A DNA stretch of 64,000 nucleotides, from positions 1,240,001 to 1,304,000 of the forward strand of contig CM060732.1 in NCBI GenBank assembly GCA_030704615.1, in the 5' to 3' direction. A program made the translations under genes and the position numbers. The stretch is from Takakia lepidozioides (Eukaryota > Plantae > Bryophyta). This document shows positions 11,085 to 22,643 of this stretch, in pieces; within the stretch, counting starts at the first letter, position 1, and each line of letters starts with the position of its first letter. The notes under the pieces were generated by a model, which saw only the letters and a program-made list of their open reading frames with translations, did not search any database and had not been told where the DNA came from.

Positions 11085-12084
11085 AAAAAGGCCGGATTGG
11101 GTGAATGGAGTTCAGCAGGCATACGCGACTGACCTTGTGGTGCTGGACATTCCTGACGGTTTCCCTGTCCCTGATGTGTTGCCTTCCAATTCAACCCCCA
11201 CTTGGAACAAATCGGATTCTCGTTACTGGCAGTGGGCTTTCTCATTCAGCAACAAATTCCTTTCTGACTCAGGGGCTCTTCTTCTCATGCAGTCAAAGGA
11301 CATGTCGGCACAGAGAACTCTTTTCAGCTACATGAAAGCTTCCGGGTTTCGTGTCATCAAAACTTGGACATGCATCAACACTCTGCCTCTTACAAAGGGT
11401 GAGTTCTAGGGGCAGAAAGTGAGTTGGTTCCTTTGAATTAAAGTTTCGTGGTTCTTCAATAAATGTCAAAAGTAGGTTTTGTCTTTTTCCTCATGCTCTC
11501 TTCGTGATTATTGATAGACTCGGGTGTTCAAAGCTTTGTGCATGGTGAGGGTGCGTAAGGACACTCTTCCTCTTGGTATTGTTGAGTTCCAGTTAAGGGA
11601 CCTTGTAGCTCACATTGACCCCACCTGTGAGCGTGTGGAGGATGATGTAATCTTCAATTACGTGGACTCGGGTCGAACTACGAAAAAGGTCGACTGGTGT
11701 CCCTTGGAGAGGTGCATGGGAGAAATCCCCAACTTTCATGCAGACTTTGGTGGAGACATACAGCCGTCACGGTGGACGAGTGGTTGACTTGTCTATGGGA
11801 ACAGGTGGGGCCCTGAACACTGTGTTTGAAATGTGGGCAGTCAGCTTAGGGAAGCCCTATTTTGATTTCTCGTTCATCTTCGATTTGCAGGAGCATCTTT
11901 TCATGCGTGCAAAAGCGCCGGAAGGCACTTCTTCGGCATGGAGGCTGATACGGAGCTCTTCTCAAGCGAGCTTCATCAGCTTGAGTCGGGCACTACTTCT
12001 GCCCCATCCACGGAGGGACTTCTTGAGGAGCCCGAAGCGCCTGACGAGGATCTCGACGTGGACTCCGATTTTGAGTGTGAGTAA
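11080..12084 (+). pseudogene. Spliced beta-class amino (N4-cytosine/N6-adenine) DNA methyltransferase-like gene, 3' exons
   Basis: Exons 11080-11418, 11518-11804 and 11891-12084 (all GT-AG). Motif IV-like DLVVLDIPDG precedes PWRGAWEKSPTFMQTLVETYSRHGGRVVDLSMGT|GASFHACKSAGRHFFGMEAD, matching the beta-class consensus KP..L...S..GD.VLDPFMGSGTT..A....GR.FIG.E. One TAG at 11407 and one frameshift near 11685. Confidence 0.8.
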
Positions 12085-13420
12085 GTTCGGCTCTAGTCGT
12101 GCAAACTATGTTGCATTTCCTTGTGTCATTCCCGTTCAACAGATGGTTGCTTACATTGTCTATTTCTGGATGATAACATCTACCACCATTCCTCTTCTTG
12201 CTTTCCAGAGTTCGGCACCAGTCATCGAATACGCAGACACCTTTCGGTTTCCAAGGATACTACATGTCCCCGAGTCCCCCTAGAGCTTACCGCTTGCTGG
12301 TTTACGCGGAAGCTTGCGCACAGGTGTTGTCCCAACAAACAATGTATTCGCCTCTCCATGGGGGTCGCGGAAAAAAAAAACGTCGCGGATGGGCTGCTGT
12401 GTTCATAGATGATATTGCTGCAAACTCTAGAAGTAGTTCCTCTGAAACCTCCAATAGTTCTTGAGGTTCAAGTACCGAGACTTAATAAAATGTGTTTTGG
12501 TTTTGCTTCCATCCCCAAACTGTTTTTCAAGTTCTTCGCGCGTTCCCGTAAGTACAGTTAGGGATTGCCTGCTTCAGATTCCGGCATTGAAAAATGTTTG
12601 TGGGTTGGATTGAATGAACTACTTTGCAAAAAAAAGGGTTTGCTGTTAATATTCAATTCTCTAGCGGGCGATCTCCTCATTCAAAAATCATGTCCTCGAT
12701 CCTAAACCATCCACAAACCTACCATTGTTCTCGGTCGGAAAGAATATTCATGTGGGGGCGATGAAGAGGGATAAAAAAATAAGGACATAGGCGACAACCG
12801 ATCTAATGGGGGGGGGAGCACGGAATTAGGGCCTGCACACGTGGATGATTGCTGACGTGGCGTGAGCCTAGCCAGGCTCACAGGCTCACGCGGCCAGGCT
12901 CATGCGCAAGCATTCTCCGATCAGACTCGTCACTAAAAGAAAGCAAACACAGCTCTGTCCTGTTTGTCGTCTCTCACGATCAAACTCGACACAAAGAAAA
13001 CAAACAGATGGCAGGGGAGACAAAAAAATACTTTGGGTTTTCCATCACTACATCCATCCATTCATTTGTTTTTCCATTTTTTGGCCATTTTAATTTCATC
13101 CATTCATCCAAAATAAATCTGTAAATGAGTTTCACTATCAGTTCATCCAATCGCTGCTAGCTCAGCGTTTGCATTATCATTCGTTCCTACGTTCATCCAA
13201 TAGTTGCCAGCAAAGCGTTTGTTGTATCATTTGTTCATACGTTCATCCAGTGCACAAAAGTTATGTTTGATACGTTCATCCAATAGTTGCCAGCAAGGCA
13301 TTTGTGTATCATTCGTTGTTTTGTTTCACTAACCTTAACAGCAGTCGATTAGTTTTACTGTTAATCTGCTGGGTCAGTGAAACAGTAGTTAAATATTCTT
13401 ACTACTTATTATCCTTGTCG

Positions 13421-13502
13421 TGCGCATACATATCGCTACACAACTACATCGCTGTCCAAACCACACCACACATATATGCACAATAAAGTAGTCTGCCACA
13501 AT
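13421..13502 (-). repeat. Direct duplicate of the first ~82 bp of the LTR
   Basis: TGCGCATACATATCG...GTCTGCCACAAT is identical to 13867-13948. Confidence 0.9.
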
Positions 13503-13503
13503 A

Positions 13504-13946
13504 GATAAACAAGCTAAAAAGGACACACACTTTCAACACAAGAAATATGAAATCCATCGTTATCACTCTTTAAAATAGAAGTCGAGCCAGGGGCATCCCA
13601 CGCTATGGGGACTCCACCCCACAACAACCTACACTCCCATCATAAGCACACTCAGATCTAAACGCATGAAGGAGCTCGGTCGCGCAGGCTCAAATCGAGA
13701 GAGATGAGCTGCGCGACTGCCGCTCTCGTAAAGATAAGACGGTTCAGGTGTCAAACTAAACTTGACACCTGATTTTACACTTGACCTAAATCCAAGTGTT
13801 AAATACAAATAACTAGCTTTATTCTAGTTGTTTTCACACTGTGCTTATTTAACTTGACAGCTGTCATGCGCATACATATCGCTACACAACTACATCGCTG
13901 TCCAAACCACACCACACATATATGCACAATAAAGTAGTCTGCCACA
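13504..13946 (-). repeat. 3' LTR (~443 bp)
   Basis: Starts TGTGGCAGAC just after the PPT. Its distal 224 bp recur inverted at 23644-23867, where the copy ends GTTTATCA. Confidence 0.75.
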
Positions 13947-14191
13947 ATCGCCCCCCTAGCTCTACCTCCAGATAGCTACAAGATGTAATAGCCACAGCTG
14001 TACTAAGTCCTCTATCACTGTCCCTATTGCACTCAAACCCTATAGACCAAGAGGCCGGGTACAAGAGTAGCCCCATCGTTAGTCGTCGTCTTGCAATCTG
14101 TGAACTTGAGCTAGGACCTCGTGTGTTCAAGGTCTCCTAGTAGCTGGGCCTTGCGTTTCTTGTTAGCCTTCCATGGTTGTATCCACTCCCA

Positions 14192-17166
14192 CTATCCAAT
14201 GCAATGTGGACATAACCAATCCCCATCCGGAACCATCTCAAGAGGTGGAGTCAAGCATCCTATATGTCAACCTCTAGAGCATCGATTACACACCAGCATG
14301 GTGGCTGCCCCTCTAGCAGACCCACATAACATACACCTCAAACATGCAGATACCACTGCCAAGTTTGGGTCTATCCTGCCATCGACATTCGGAAGGTGAC
14401 ATGGCGCACAATTACGCACATGGTCTTTCCAAGTTATGCCATCCCGACCCTCCAAGACCAAGACGCCTGAGGGCAAGACCTCTCGAACCCTCAAAATAAC
14501 ACGTCCGGCAGTCACATCCAAGGTCGTAGGAGCAGTTTGCTGCAGATAGACATAGTCACCAGGGTTGAATCTCCGAACCCCAGGACGATAGCCCCCACAA
14601 CGTATGGTAGCATACCTCAACGTATCACGGTGTTGTGCAATGGCAAGGTTCTCGAAAGCCATGGGCATGACTCTCTTGAACAACTCTGCACGCTGCTCAC
14701 ATGCACGTGCCCACACGTCCGGATCGTCAAGGTTAAGAACTGTAGCAGCTTCTCTGCGAATGGATGTAGGCAAATCCGGCTCTCGGCCAAAGAGAAGAAA
14801 GTATGGTGAGAAGGAGGCAAGTGATGCTTGCTTGCTGAACCTGTAGCCCATGGCTAACCAGGGTAACTGAAGGTCCCAATCTCCTAGGTGTCCCTTCTGC
14901 AAGCCATACTTGCGCAAACCCCTCTTTACTGTCTGAACAACTCTCTCTGCCAAGCCATCGGCCTCAGGATGATCCCGAGAAGTGGTGCGGTGGTCTATCA
15001 AGGCCTTGTCACACAAAGCCTGAAACTCCCCCAAGAACTCTCTCCCTTGGTCCGTGAGTACCTCAGCTGGAGCACCGAATCGGCTAAGCACACAATCCAA
15101 GAATGCATACGCAGCTCCCTCACTAGCCTTATCAGGCAATGGAACCAATTCAATCCACTTGGAGAAGTGCTCCACCATCACCAACACGTACTTGTTGTGG
15201 CGCATGGTCAGTGGCAACGGCCCTGCGAAGTCAAGACTCCACCTGTAGCCCAATCCCATGATCGGAAGAGGGTGCAATTGTGGAGTAGGGGCGTTGAATA
15301 AAGCACGCACCCTGTCACACACCATGCACCTAGCCACAAATTGTTGCACCTCTGTGTGCATACCACGCCACCAATACTGCCCCTGCAGTAGACTATGAGT
15401 GCGTCGCACCCCAAAATGCCCCAACTCCTCATGGGCATGCCGCACTAACCGTGCCCGCTGTGTTGGGTGAGGCACAATCCTCACTCGACCGACCTCCCAC
15501 ACTCGGAGCAGGTGTGTCCCCTCCCACTTGAACCTCTTGGCTCGTTGTAGGATCCGATCCCTCTCCTTGGCAGTCACAGTGGCTGCAGTGTCTCCAGTGC
15601 GGAGGTAGTCCAACACAACTGAATCCTCATGTATATCTTTGGCACCACCTTGCTCATTGCTGGCCTCAGGGTCCTCAGACACTTGATCTACAGTCATCCC
15701 TGTTGTAGGTCCAACCTGGCCTTCCGCTGCCAAGATACACAGAAATGCAGATGCATGCCATCCGGGCACCATCTCCTCGTCCGTCTCACCATGCCACCGA
15801 GCTCCAGTGTCATCCTGCTGGCTCGTGCATGGATTGCGACTCAACCCATCTGCATTGCGATTGACCAAACCCGGTCGATGCACCACCTGAAAGTCATACT
15901 CTTGAAGGATGAGTGCCCACCGTGCAAGCTTCCCCGTAAGCTTGTCTGACTCCATCAACCACTTGAGTGGTTGGTGATCCGTGACAAGGGTGAAGAGATT
16001 GCCGTATAGATAGCACCTGAAGTGTGCCACGGCCCACACTGCAGCTAAGCATTCTCCCTCATATGAGCTATACTTAGACTCTGCAGCATTGTTCGAGCGG
16101 CTAGCATAAGCCACTACGAACTCTCTTCCCTCATCATCCACCTGTGTGAGCACCGCTCCAAGCCCCAGCATGCTCCAATCTGTATGCAGCTGAAAAGGAC
16201 GCCCCCTGATAGGTCGTCTCAAGATGGGCGCCGAGGTCAACCTCGCCTTGAGCTCTTGAAAAGCTTGTTCTTGCTCATCTTCCCACTGCCACTCCTGGTC
16301 CACCTTGGTCAGCTTGGTTAGAGCCTTTGCAATGGCACTAAATCCCTTAACAAACCGTCTGTAATAGTTTGCTAACCCCATGAAAGCTCGAACTCGGCTC
16401 ACATCCGTGGGGCGTGGAACCTGTGCAATGGACTCTACCTTAGTCTGCTGTACCCCCAATCCTCCAGGATATATCATGTGACCCAGATACTCAATCTGGT
16501 TGTGGAAAAACTTGCACTTTCCCGGATGTAACTTCAATCCGTGCGCCTCAAGCGCTCAAATACCCCCTGAAGGTGTCTCTCATGCTCCTCCACCGTAGCA
16601 CTAAAGATGATGATGTCATCTATGTAGCACCGAGCAAACTCCACCCCTGCTAGAATCCTGTCCATGACTCTTTGAAACTCAGCGGGAGCGTTTTTAAGCC
16701 CAAATGGTAAGAACCGCCACTGGTATAGGCAATCTTTCCCGTGCTCATTGATCCCCCAAAATGCCGTCTTTTGCTTATCCGCCTCCTTGATCGGCAACTG
16801 GTGATATCCGGATCGTAAATCCAACGTGCTAAAGACCTTGGAATGCCCAATGGCATCAAAGATCTCCTCTGGTGTCAGCATGGCATACCTATCGGACTTG
16901 GTCTGACGATTTACAGGCCGGTAATCACCGCACATACGTCTCTCCGTCCAATTGCCATAGACATCCTTCTTGGCTGGCATCACTGTGGCTGAAGCATACT
17001 CTCCACCAGAGAGCTCCACCAAACCTGCCTCCCAGAGATCTTGAGTCCTCATCTGAATCAAAGACCTCTCCATGTCACTGTATCTATAGGGTCTCCGAAA
17101 GATTGGCGTGTCAGTGGCCAACTCAATACGGATCTCTTGACCCTTCAGTGCTCCCAAGTCCTTCAA
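14192..17166 (-). pseudogene. Gypsy pol: RT, RNase H, integrase, C-terminal PHD finger
   Basis: RT RMCGDYR, FSTLDLRSGYHQ, LPFGLKNAP, YIDD. RNase H LHTDWS, TDHQPL. Integrase HAHEELGH..CMVC, SLDF, TDQGREF, GLAER. PHD CMLC..CNRC..*HIGC..CPHC. Frameshift near 16535 and TGA at 14267. Confidence 0.95.
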
Positions 17167-17619
17167 ACTGAAGGCAAAGCAATTCCTGTAAGCCCTCAGG
17201 AACCGCCGTATACGTCGTCTCTCTCCTCCGGTGACAATGGGTCCAATGTCAGGCTCCCAATTGTCCTCCGTAACTGCAACCTTAAGTCCAGTGGGCTTAG
17301 AGGTAGAGGACGCGTCCCGTGGTTGCTATGCTGCAACCTCTTGAGCAGTACTTCCTTCCTGCTCAGTCAATGACAAGGCCTCATCCTGCCCCATCATCTC
17401 ATCATTGAGAACCTCCTCATCCCGAGAAGAATCCCCAACCTCATCCATCACAGCTGCCTTGGCTGCCAACTCCCTCTGAACCTCGAGCACCTCCCACGTG
17501 TGCCATGGATGTCTACACCCCGTGGTCCTCACCGGCTCGCCCCCACTCGCTGCCTGTACCGTCTCGGTAGGCAGAGAGACAGTCAAGGGAAGTGCACTCC
17601 GCACTCTACGTTGCTCAGC

Positions 17620-18551
17620 CATAGCCAAGCTGATAATCCAGGTCAAGCAATTGAGATCCATTGCTTGCCCCAACACCTGACGACGTGATGCCTCAGAAAG
17701 AGAAGGCACCGCCGTGGTCCCAGTGGAAAACCCATAGCCCGCTCTCGCTCGTCGGCATTAGGCTCCACTAACTGCTGCAACTGAGCATCCCACAGGAGGC
17801 CAGGTCCACCATCCCGAAAAGCATGGGATCCTGGGAAGCTGAGCAGTGTAGGTAATGTTGCTCGTGGTTGACCCACCATGTTGACCACTGCCAAAGGCGA
17901 ACGGTCATCGTGTCTCACACGTTGAGACTCCACGGTGAGGTGTGCTGGCCGCTGCACCCCATCAAATGCACGCTTGAGCAGTGCGGGTGGCATCAAGTTA
18001 GTCCACCAAAGCCGTGGACGATGAGCCCGTGACCCCACTGCAGCTGCATCCAGCAACACTGCTGACCCAAGCCACGACCGGACTTGATGCACACTGGCCA
18101 TCACCCTGGCCCGAGAATCACCCATCAGTGGCACATTCTCCAAGATGTATGCTGGAGATACAGCTTGATGAAGCTGCAAGTGGCGCAAAACCCGCACCAT
18201 CTCCCAAAACAGACCCGTCCTCGAGTCTCGCAATCCATTGCCATGCCCGGCTGATGAATGCCCTTGGCAGGGCCAACCTGCCACTACCAGATCAATGGAG
18301 CCAACCTGCTCCAAATCCGGCGCCCCCAGCAACGAAATGTCTGCTGGCAAGGCTTGTTGGTATCCACGAACTGCAGACACTGGCAACAAAGCAGGGTACT
18401 GCTGTACCAACTTAGCAACATGGCGCAGTGAGACGCGTCGTGCAGTCTCATCCCTCTCCACATACAGGTAACGCCTTACCCACACACCTGCCTGTAGCAC
18501 AGCAGCCAATCCGGTGCTGATCCCGCCAAACAAGTCCAGAAGGCAAATGCC
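17620..18551 (-). pseudogene. DNMT3-like C5 cytosine methyltransferase domain within the retroelement polyprotein
   Basis: Motif I LLDLFGGISTG, IV DLVVAGWPCQGHS, VI YILENV, VIII AHRPRLWWTNL, IX ERERAMGFP; after a frameshift, X SRRQVLGQAMD. Confidence 0.95.
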
Positions 18552-18929
18552 TTCATCCGGATACTGCCACACAATAGGTGTGGTATCCAATGGTGACAAC
18601 TGAGGTGGTCCTGGTGCAATACCCACACTCTCCTCCTCTCCTGACGGTACAAAAGCCTCTACCCAGGCTTGTTGCACCCGTCGATCAGCAACCTGTTGCA
18701 AATCCTTGCTCGTACCCCACAATGGAGTGTGAGCAACCATGGCAGGCAACTCCGCCATACCATGCATGTCATCCTGCTCTGCTGGAGGTGGCACATCCTC
18801 TGCATGGGCATTGCCTTCCAGCAACTCTCCAGGCCAACTAACTGCAGCTGTAAAGGCGGCTAGTGTTGGCATCTTGCCCCGTTGGGCAGCCGCAATACCC
18901 CCAATGAATGTCACAGGGAGCTGTGCACG

Positions 18930-19330
18930 ACGACCATCCCCTGACTGCCATCCAGGCCTGTAGAATGCTGACTCCTCCCAAAAGTCCAGGGTGAAGCCCA
19001 TGGGGTATAACACTGCCCCACCAACGAGGACATCGTAAGAGACCGCGTCTGTCACAATGGCCTTGGCTCGCATCACTGAGCCATCTGTAGGATGATCCGG
19101 CTGCAGTCTAATGGCCAACTGATGTCGTGTCATGCCCCGAGCCTGCTCTGATCCTCCCAGAGATGTCTGTATCTGGAAAGGACAAGGCTCCATATCCGCC
19201 TCCATGAGGCCCAAACCTGCAATAGCAGCTCTGCCCAACATCAGTGGCTGAGCTCCCGAGTCCAACAAGACCCGCAGTGGCCGGTACTTCTTGCTTGCCG
19301 GTCCACTCAAAGAGAAAATGTCATCCTGGT
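18930..19330 (-). CDS. Retroelement aspartic protease domain (part of ORF 19607..17643)
   Basis: VLLDSGAQ and YDVLVGGAVL motifs, in the same frame as the DNMT domain. Confidence 0.85.
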
Positions 19331-20026
19331 TGTCTAACAAGACAACTCCAGGTGTCACCATGGCGCGCTCAAAGGCTGGCCTAGCTGGCAGCTCCGTCAA
19401 CCTGGCAGCTGCAGCTTGCCAGGGCGCAGCCGTGGCAGTCTTGACCCTCAAATCCGAGGATCCCTCTGCCACTACACCTTCCACTAACTCCGCAGAAGAT
19501 GAAGTGACCTCCCCACTCTCACAGAGTGTTGCTGCTAGTCTGAACACTGCAGCTGGCCTTACCCCGGCGTCGCAATCATGGTTGCCGAGAACAGTGGGGC
19601 TTGACACACAGAGGTGGCTGCCCCCAATAACACACCGGCTGCACTAGCCTTGGTAGCAGGTGTCAGTGCTGCACGTGTAGCTCTCCCCAATGGCATAGTA
19701 ACCTCCGCCTCGGTAACAGTCGGGCGAGAACTAGGTGCCATGGATGGCGTCGACACAGTCTCCGCCAATGTGAATGACTGAGGAAGCCTCGCCTGACGGC
19801 TTGCCTCCCCACGTTGTGGATCCAATTCCACCTCTGCACCTCGTGGCTCAGGAACTCGTGCTGCTCCTCGAGTCACGGCTGCAGCAGACTCCACCTGCTA
19901 GTGGTAGTGCTGCTCCGCACATGAATCCCATGCCTCCCATATCTCCTCCCTCAGGAACAGGAGGTGGACCATCCCGCCTGGGAGCCGGTACCGCCTGAGC
20001 TGTAGCCATGGCAGCGAGCCTCTGCT

Positions 20027-21496
20027 CTAGCTGCTGAAGCCGGTTGGCCATGCCTTGGTCAACACCCTGACCTCCGCGTCCTTGGCCATGTTGAGCTTGC
20101 CCTTGGCCTGCACCTCGTGCCCGACCACCTCGTCCTCTCTGGGCTGGTCCACCTCCCCCCGGCCACCATTGTTCCCTTGGAACTGGCCTGGGCGCAACTC
20201 AGGATGCAAGTCATAACACTGGGCATCTCCATGCCCATACTTGCCACAATGCCCACACTGCAACTGTGCAGGCTGTGTTTGTGCCGGCCTTTTGCCACTC
20301 TCTGGGCAATCTCTCTTGACATGGGGTCCTCCACATGTCCAACATATCACCCCTGGTTGTTGTTGGCCTGCAAAAGATGCCACGGGCCTTTGCACCTGAG
20401 GTCCCCTGTAAGCTCCATGCTTGGGTTGGGAAACCTTGCCCCCCTGACCACGCTGTTGGGCAGTCCCTTGTGCCTGTGGGCTGGCAGCTGCGCCTCGTGC
20501 AGGCATGTCCTTGCCAAATCCAATGGTAACAACTCGCTCCTCCACCATGTTGAGCTCAATCCGCTCAGCCAGCAGAAACACATCTGCTAATGTGGGTTGG
20601 GCTGCTTGTAACAGGGTTGCATCTCGCACCCTTCTCTTGAGCTCCTTGTCCAGAATTCCATACCAAAACTGGATTGCCTGAGCTTCAGTAATCCCTTGGG
20701 TCACACTTATCAAGCGCCTCATACGAGTGTACGCCTCTCGCAGGCTCTCACTGGGTTTGCGCTGGAAGTCTTGCAAACTTCGCAGCTTCTCTGTCCGTAC
20801 ACCTTGGTAGTTCCTCCGCAACTCCTGGAAGAACTCCACCACCGGGTTGAATCTAGGCACATGTGTTGTAGTCGTGGCAGGAGAAGTAGTAACACCTTTT
20901 GAACTGGTACCACCTGCAGAAGTACCGGCACTACTTGCTCCACTACTAATGCTGGCAGTGGGAGATATTGGTACTGATGCAGCTACTGGTCGCGTCGTGC
21001 CTCGAGTAATGGAGACGTAGTCAGGTGACCAATACATCCTCCACTCCTCAATTTCTGCTTCATGTCCTCGCCTGAACTCATGGTAATCGTCCATAGGCGG
21101 GCCTTTCAAATGCTGGAACAGTCCCTTCCACGCCATGAATGGGGTGAATAGTTGTGGATTGCGCATCTGCTGCAAATCACACCAGCTGTCGAACTCCTGG
21201 ATAAAGTCATCCAACTCGATTGTGCCCACAGCTCCAGAGTACCTACGAGGCCCCTTGGTAGCTCCATACATCTCCTCCATGTCGTCCCACAATAATGGCG
21301 AATGAAACTGCACACCTGTTGATGAAGCCTCCGAGTCTGTGTCTGACTCTACAATAGTTGAGGGTGGCGGTGAAGGTGGTCTGAACCGAATACCTCGTCT
21401 TTTGAACCCACTCTCACTGTTACTGCCTGTAGCCGTACTCCCCTCAAAACCCTTGGGTAACTCCGTAATGACACTCACAATGTGCACCTCCTCCAC
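20027..21496 (-). CDS. Gag with two zinc knuckles (frameshifted at 3' end)
   Basis: FQRKPSESLREAYTRMRRL; CWTCGGPHVKRDC and CGHCGKYGHGDAQC. Confidence 0.9.
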   Translation of the reverse strand: MEEVHIVSVITELPKGFEGSTATGSNSESGFKRRGIRFRPPSPPPSTIVESDTDSEASSTGVQFHSPLLWDDMEEMYGATKGPRRYSGAVGTIELDDFIQEFDSWCDLQQMRNPQLFTPFMAWKGLFQHLKGPPMDDYHEFRRGHEAEIEEWRMYWSPDYVSITRGTTRPVAASVPISPTASISSGASSAGTSAGGTSSKGVTTSPATTTTHVPRFNPVVEFFQELRRNYQGVRTEKLRSLQDFQRKPSESLREAYTRMRRLISVTQGITEAQAIQFWYGILDKELKRRVRDATLLQAAQPTLADVFLLAERIELNMVEERVVTIGFGKDMPARGAAASPQAQGTAQQRGQGGKVSQPKHGAYRGPQVQRPVASFAGQQQPGVICWTCGGPHVKRDCPESGKRPAQTQPAQLQCGHCGKYGHGDAQCYDLHPELRPGQFQGNNGGRGEVDQPREDEVVGHEVQAKGKLNMAKDAEVRVLTKAWPTGFSS

Positions 21497-21833
21497 GTGA
21501 CACTATAAGGCTCTAGTACTAATCTAATAGTGACACAGGTGGGCACCTGTTGCGGTCTAAGGGTCATATCCCAATGGCTCAGGGCACCTGCACCTGCATC
21601 CACCGCAAGAACTCCTATGGTTGGCTGGTCATCAACCCAGCCTCACCATAGAAGAAACACTGGTGGTCTTGCTGGTCATCACTCCAGCCTCACCACCGAG
21701 AGCATACTCTAGGATTGACCGGTGATCAAATCCGGCCTAATCCCTATGAAAGCAAACGCCCACACAAAACCAACATGGCACACAGTCAAGCATGCAGGTG
21801 TTGGGGGGGATCCAAACACAAGAAATCAAAACA

Positions 21834-22643
21834 TCAACACCCCCACACCAAAATCCAGCTGCAATGCTGATCCTGCAGAATATCCCAGCCCAAAACCCCG
21901 GACTGACTGGCCTCCACCAAGAAAGTGCCTCGCTCTGCATGATGGTAAGGTGTAGGAGGTATATCTATGTCCAGAAACCTGCCACTAACCTTGTCCCAAG
22001 CTACAGTAGCTCGCTCTAACCAACCCTCCTCCTCTTTCTGCCAGGTAGAGACAAAGCAACACTCTACTATCTCCCGCTCACTGAACACTAAAGAAAACAA
22101 AGGTAGGGTCTGATAGTCTCTCAACTCGAAAGCTTTGAGACGGTTGCGGGTGTCCTCATTGCGAATGACTGCATCTCCTTCAAACAGAACAAACTTGTCC
22201 TCGCTAATGAACCCCCGCTCGTGGTTGCCTTGTGCAGAGCGTGTCCGGCTGCAACGCTGTCTGATTGCACAAACTTGTGTAGCTCCTGCTCCTCTGCTCC
22301 AGTACACCACAGCCTTGTGGCTGAATACCTTGGTCCCCGGGGCTGTCTTTGGCTGTGTTCCAAGCCTAGCTTTCACCCACTTTAGTATTTCACTTACAGC
22401 TGCAGAACTGCTGGCTCCAACAGAGTTCTGACTGTCCAAAGCGATATTGAGGCCCTCAACGCCAACTACAGCAGTCTGTTGTCTACTGCTAAAGCCTGAC
22501 TCCCAGTATGCGATCAACTCGTCCAACTGTTCTCCACTCAAATCAGTCTGAGTTCCTTGGGAAACATAAATCTTGTCCCCTTGTGTGTACAGGCTAAGAG
22601 AAGAGACCTGCCCTTCAATTACGTCCTCATCCCCCCCAGCCAT
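21834..22643 (-). CDS. Unknown 269-aa ORF between the PBS and gag
   Basis: ATG-initiated open frame in the retroelement leader, same strand as gag; no recognisable motif. Confidence 0.45.
   Translation of the reverse strand: MAGGDEDVIEGQVSSLSLYTQGDKIYVSQGTQTDLSGEQLDELIAYWESGFSSRQQTAVVGVEGLNIALDSQNSVGASSSAAVSEILKWVKARLGTQPKTAPGTKVFSHKAVVYWSRGAGATQVCAIRQRCSRTRSAQGNHERGFISEDKFVLFEGDAVIRNEDTRNRLKAFELRDYQTLPLFSLVFSEREIVECCFVSTWQKEEEGWLERATVAWDKVSGRFLDIDIPPTPYHHAERGTFLVEASQSGVLGWDILQDQHCSWILVWGC

Noticed and set aside
17620-18551. Bacterial restriction-modification methylase or contamination
   Set aside because: Motifs are DNMT3-like and the domain is in frame inside a retroelement polyprotein.
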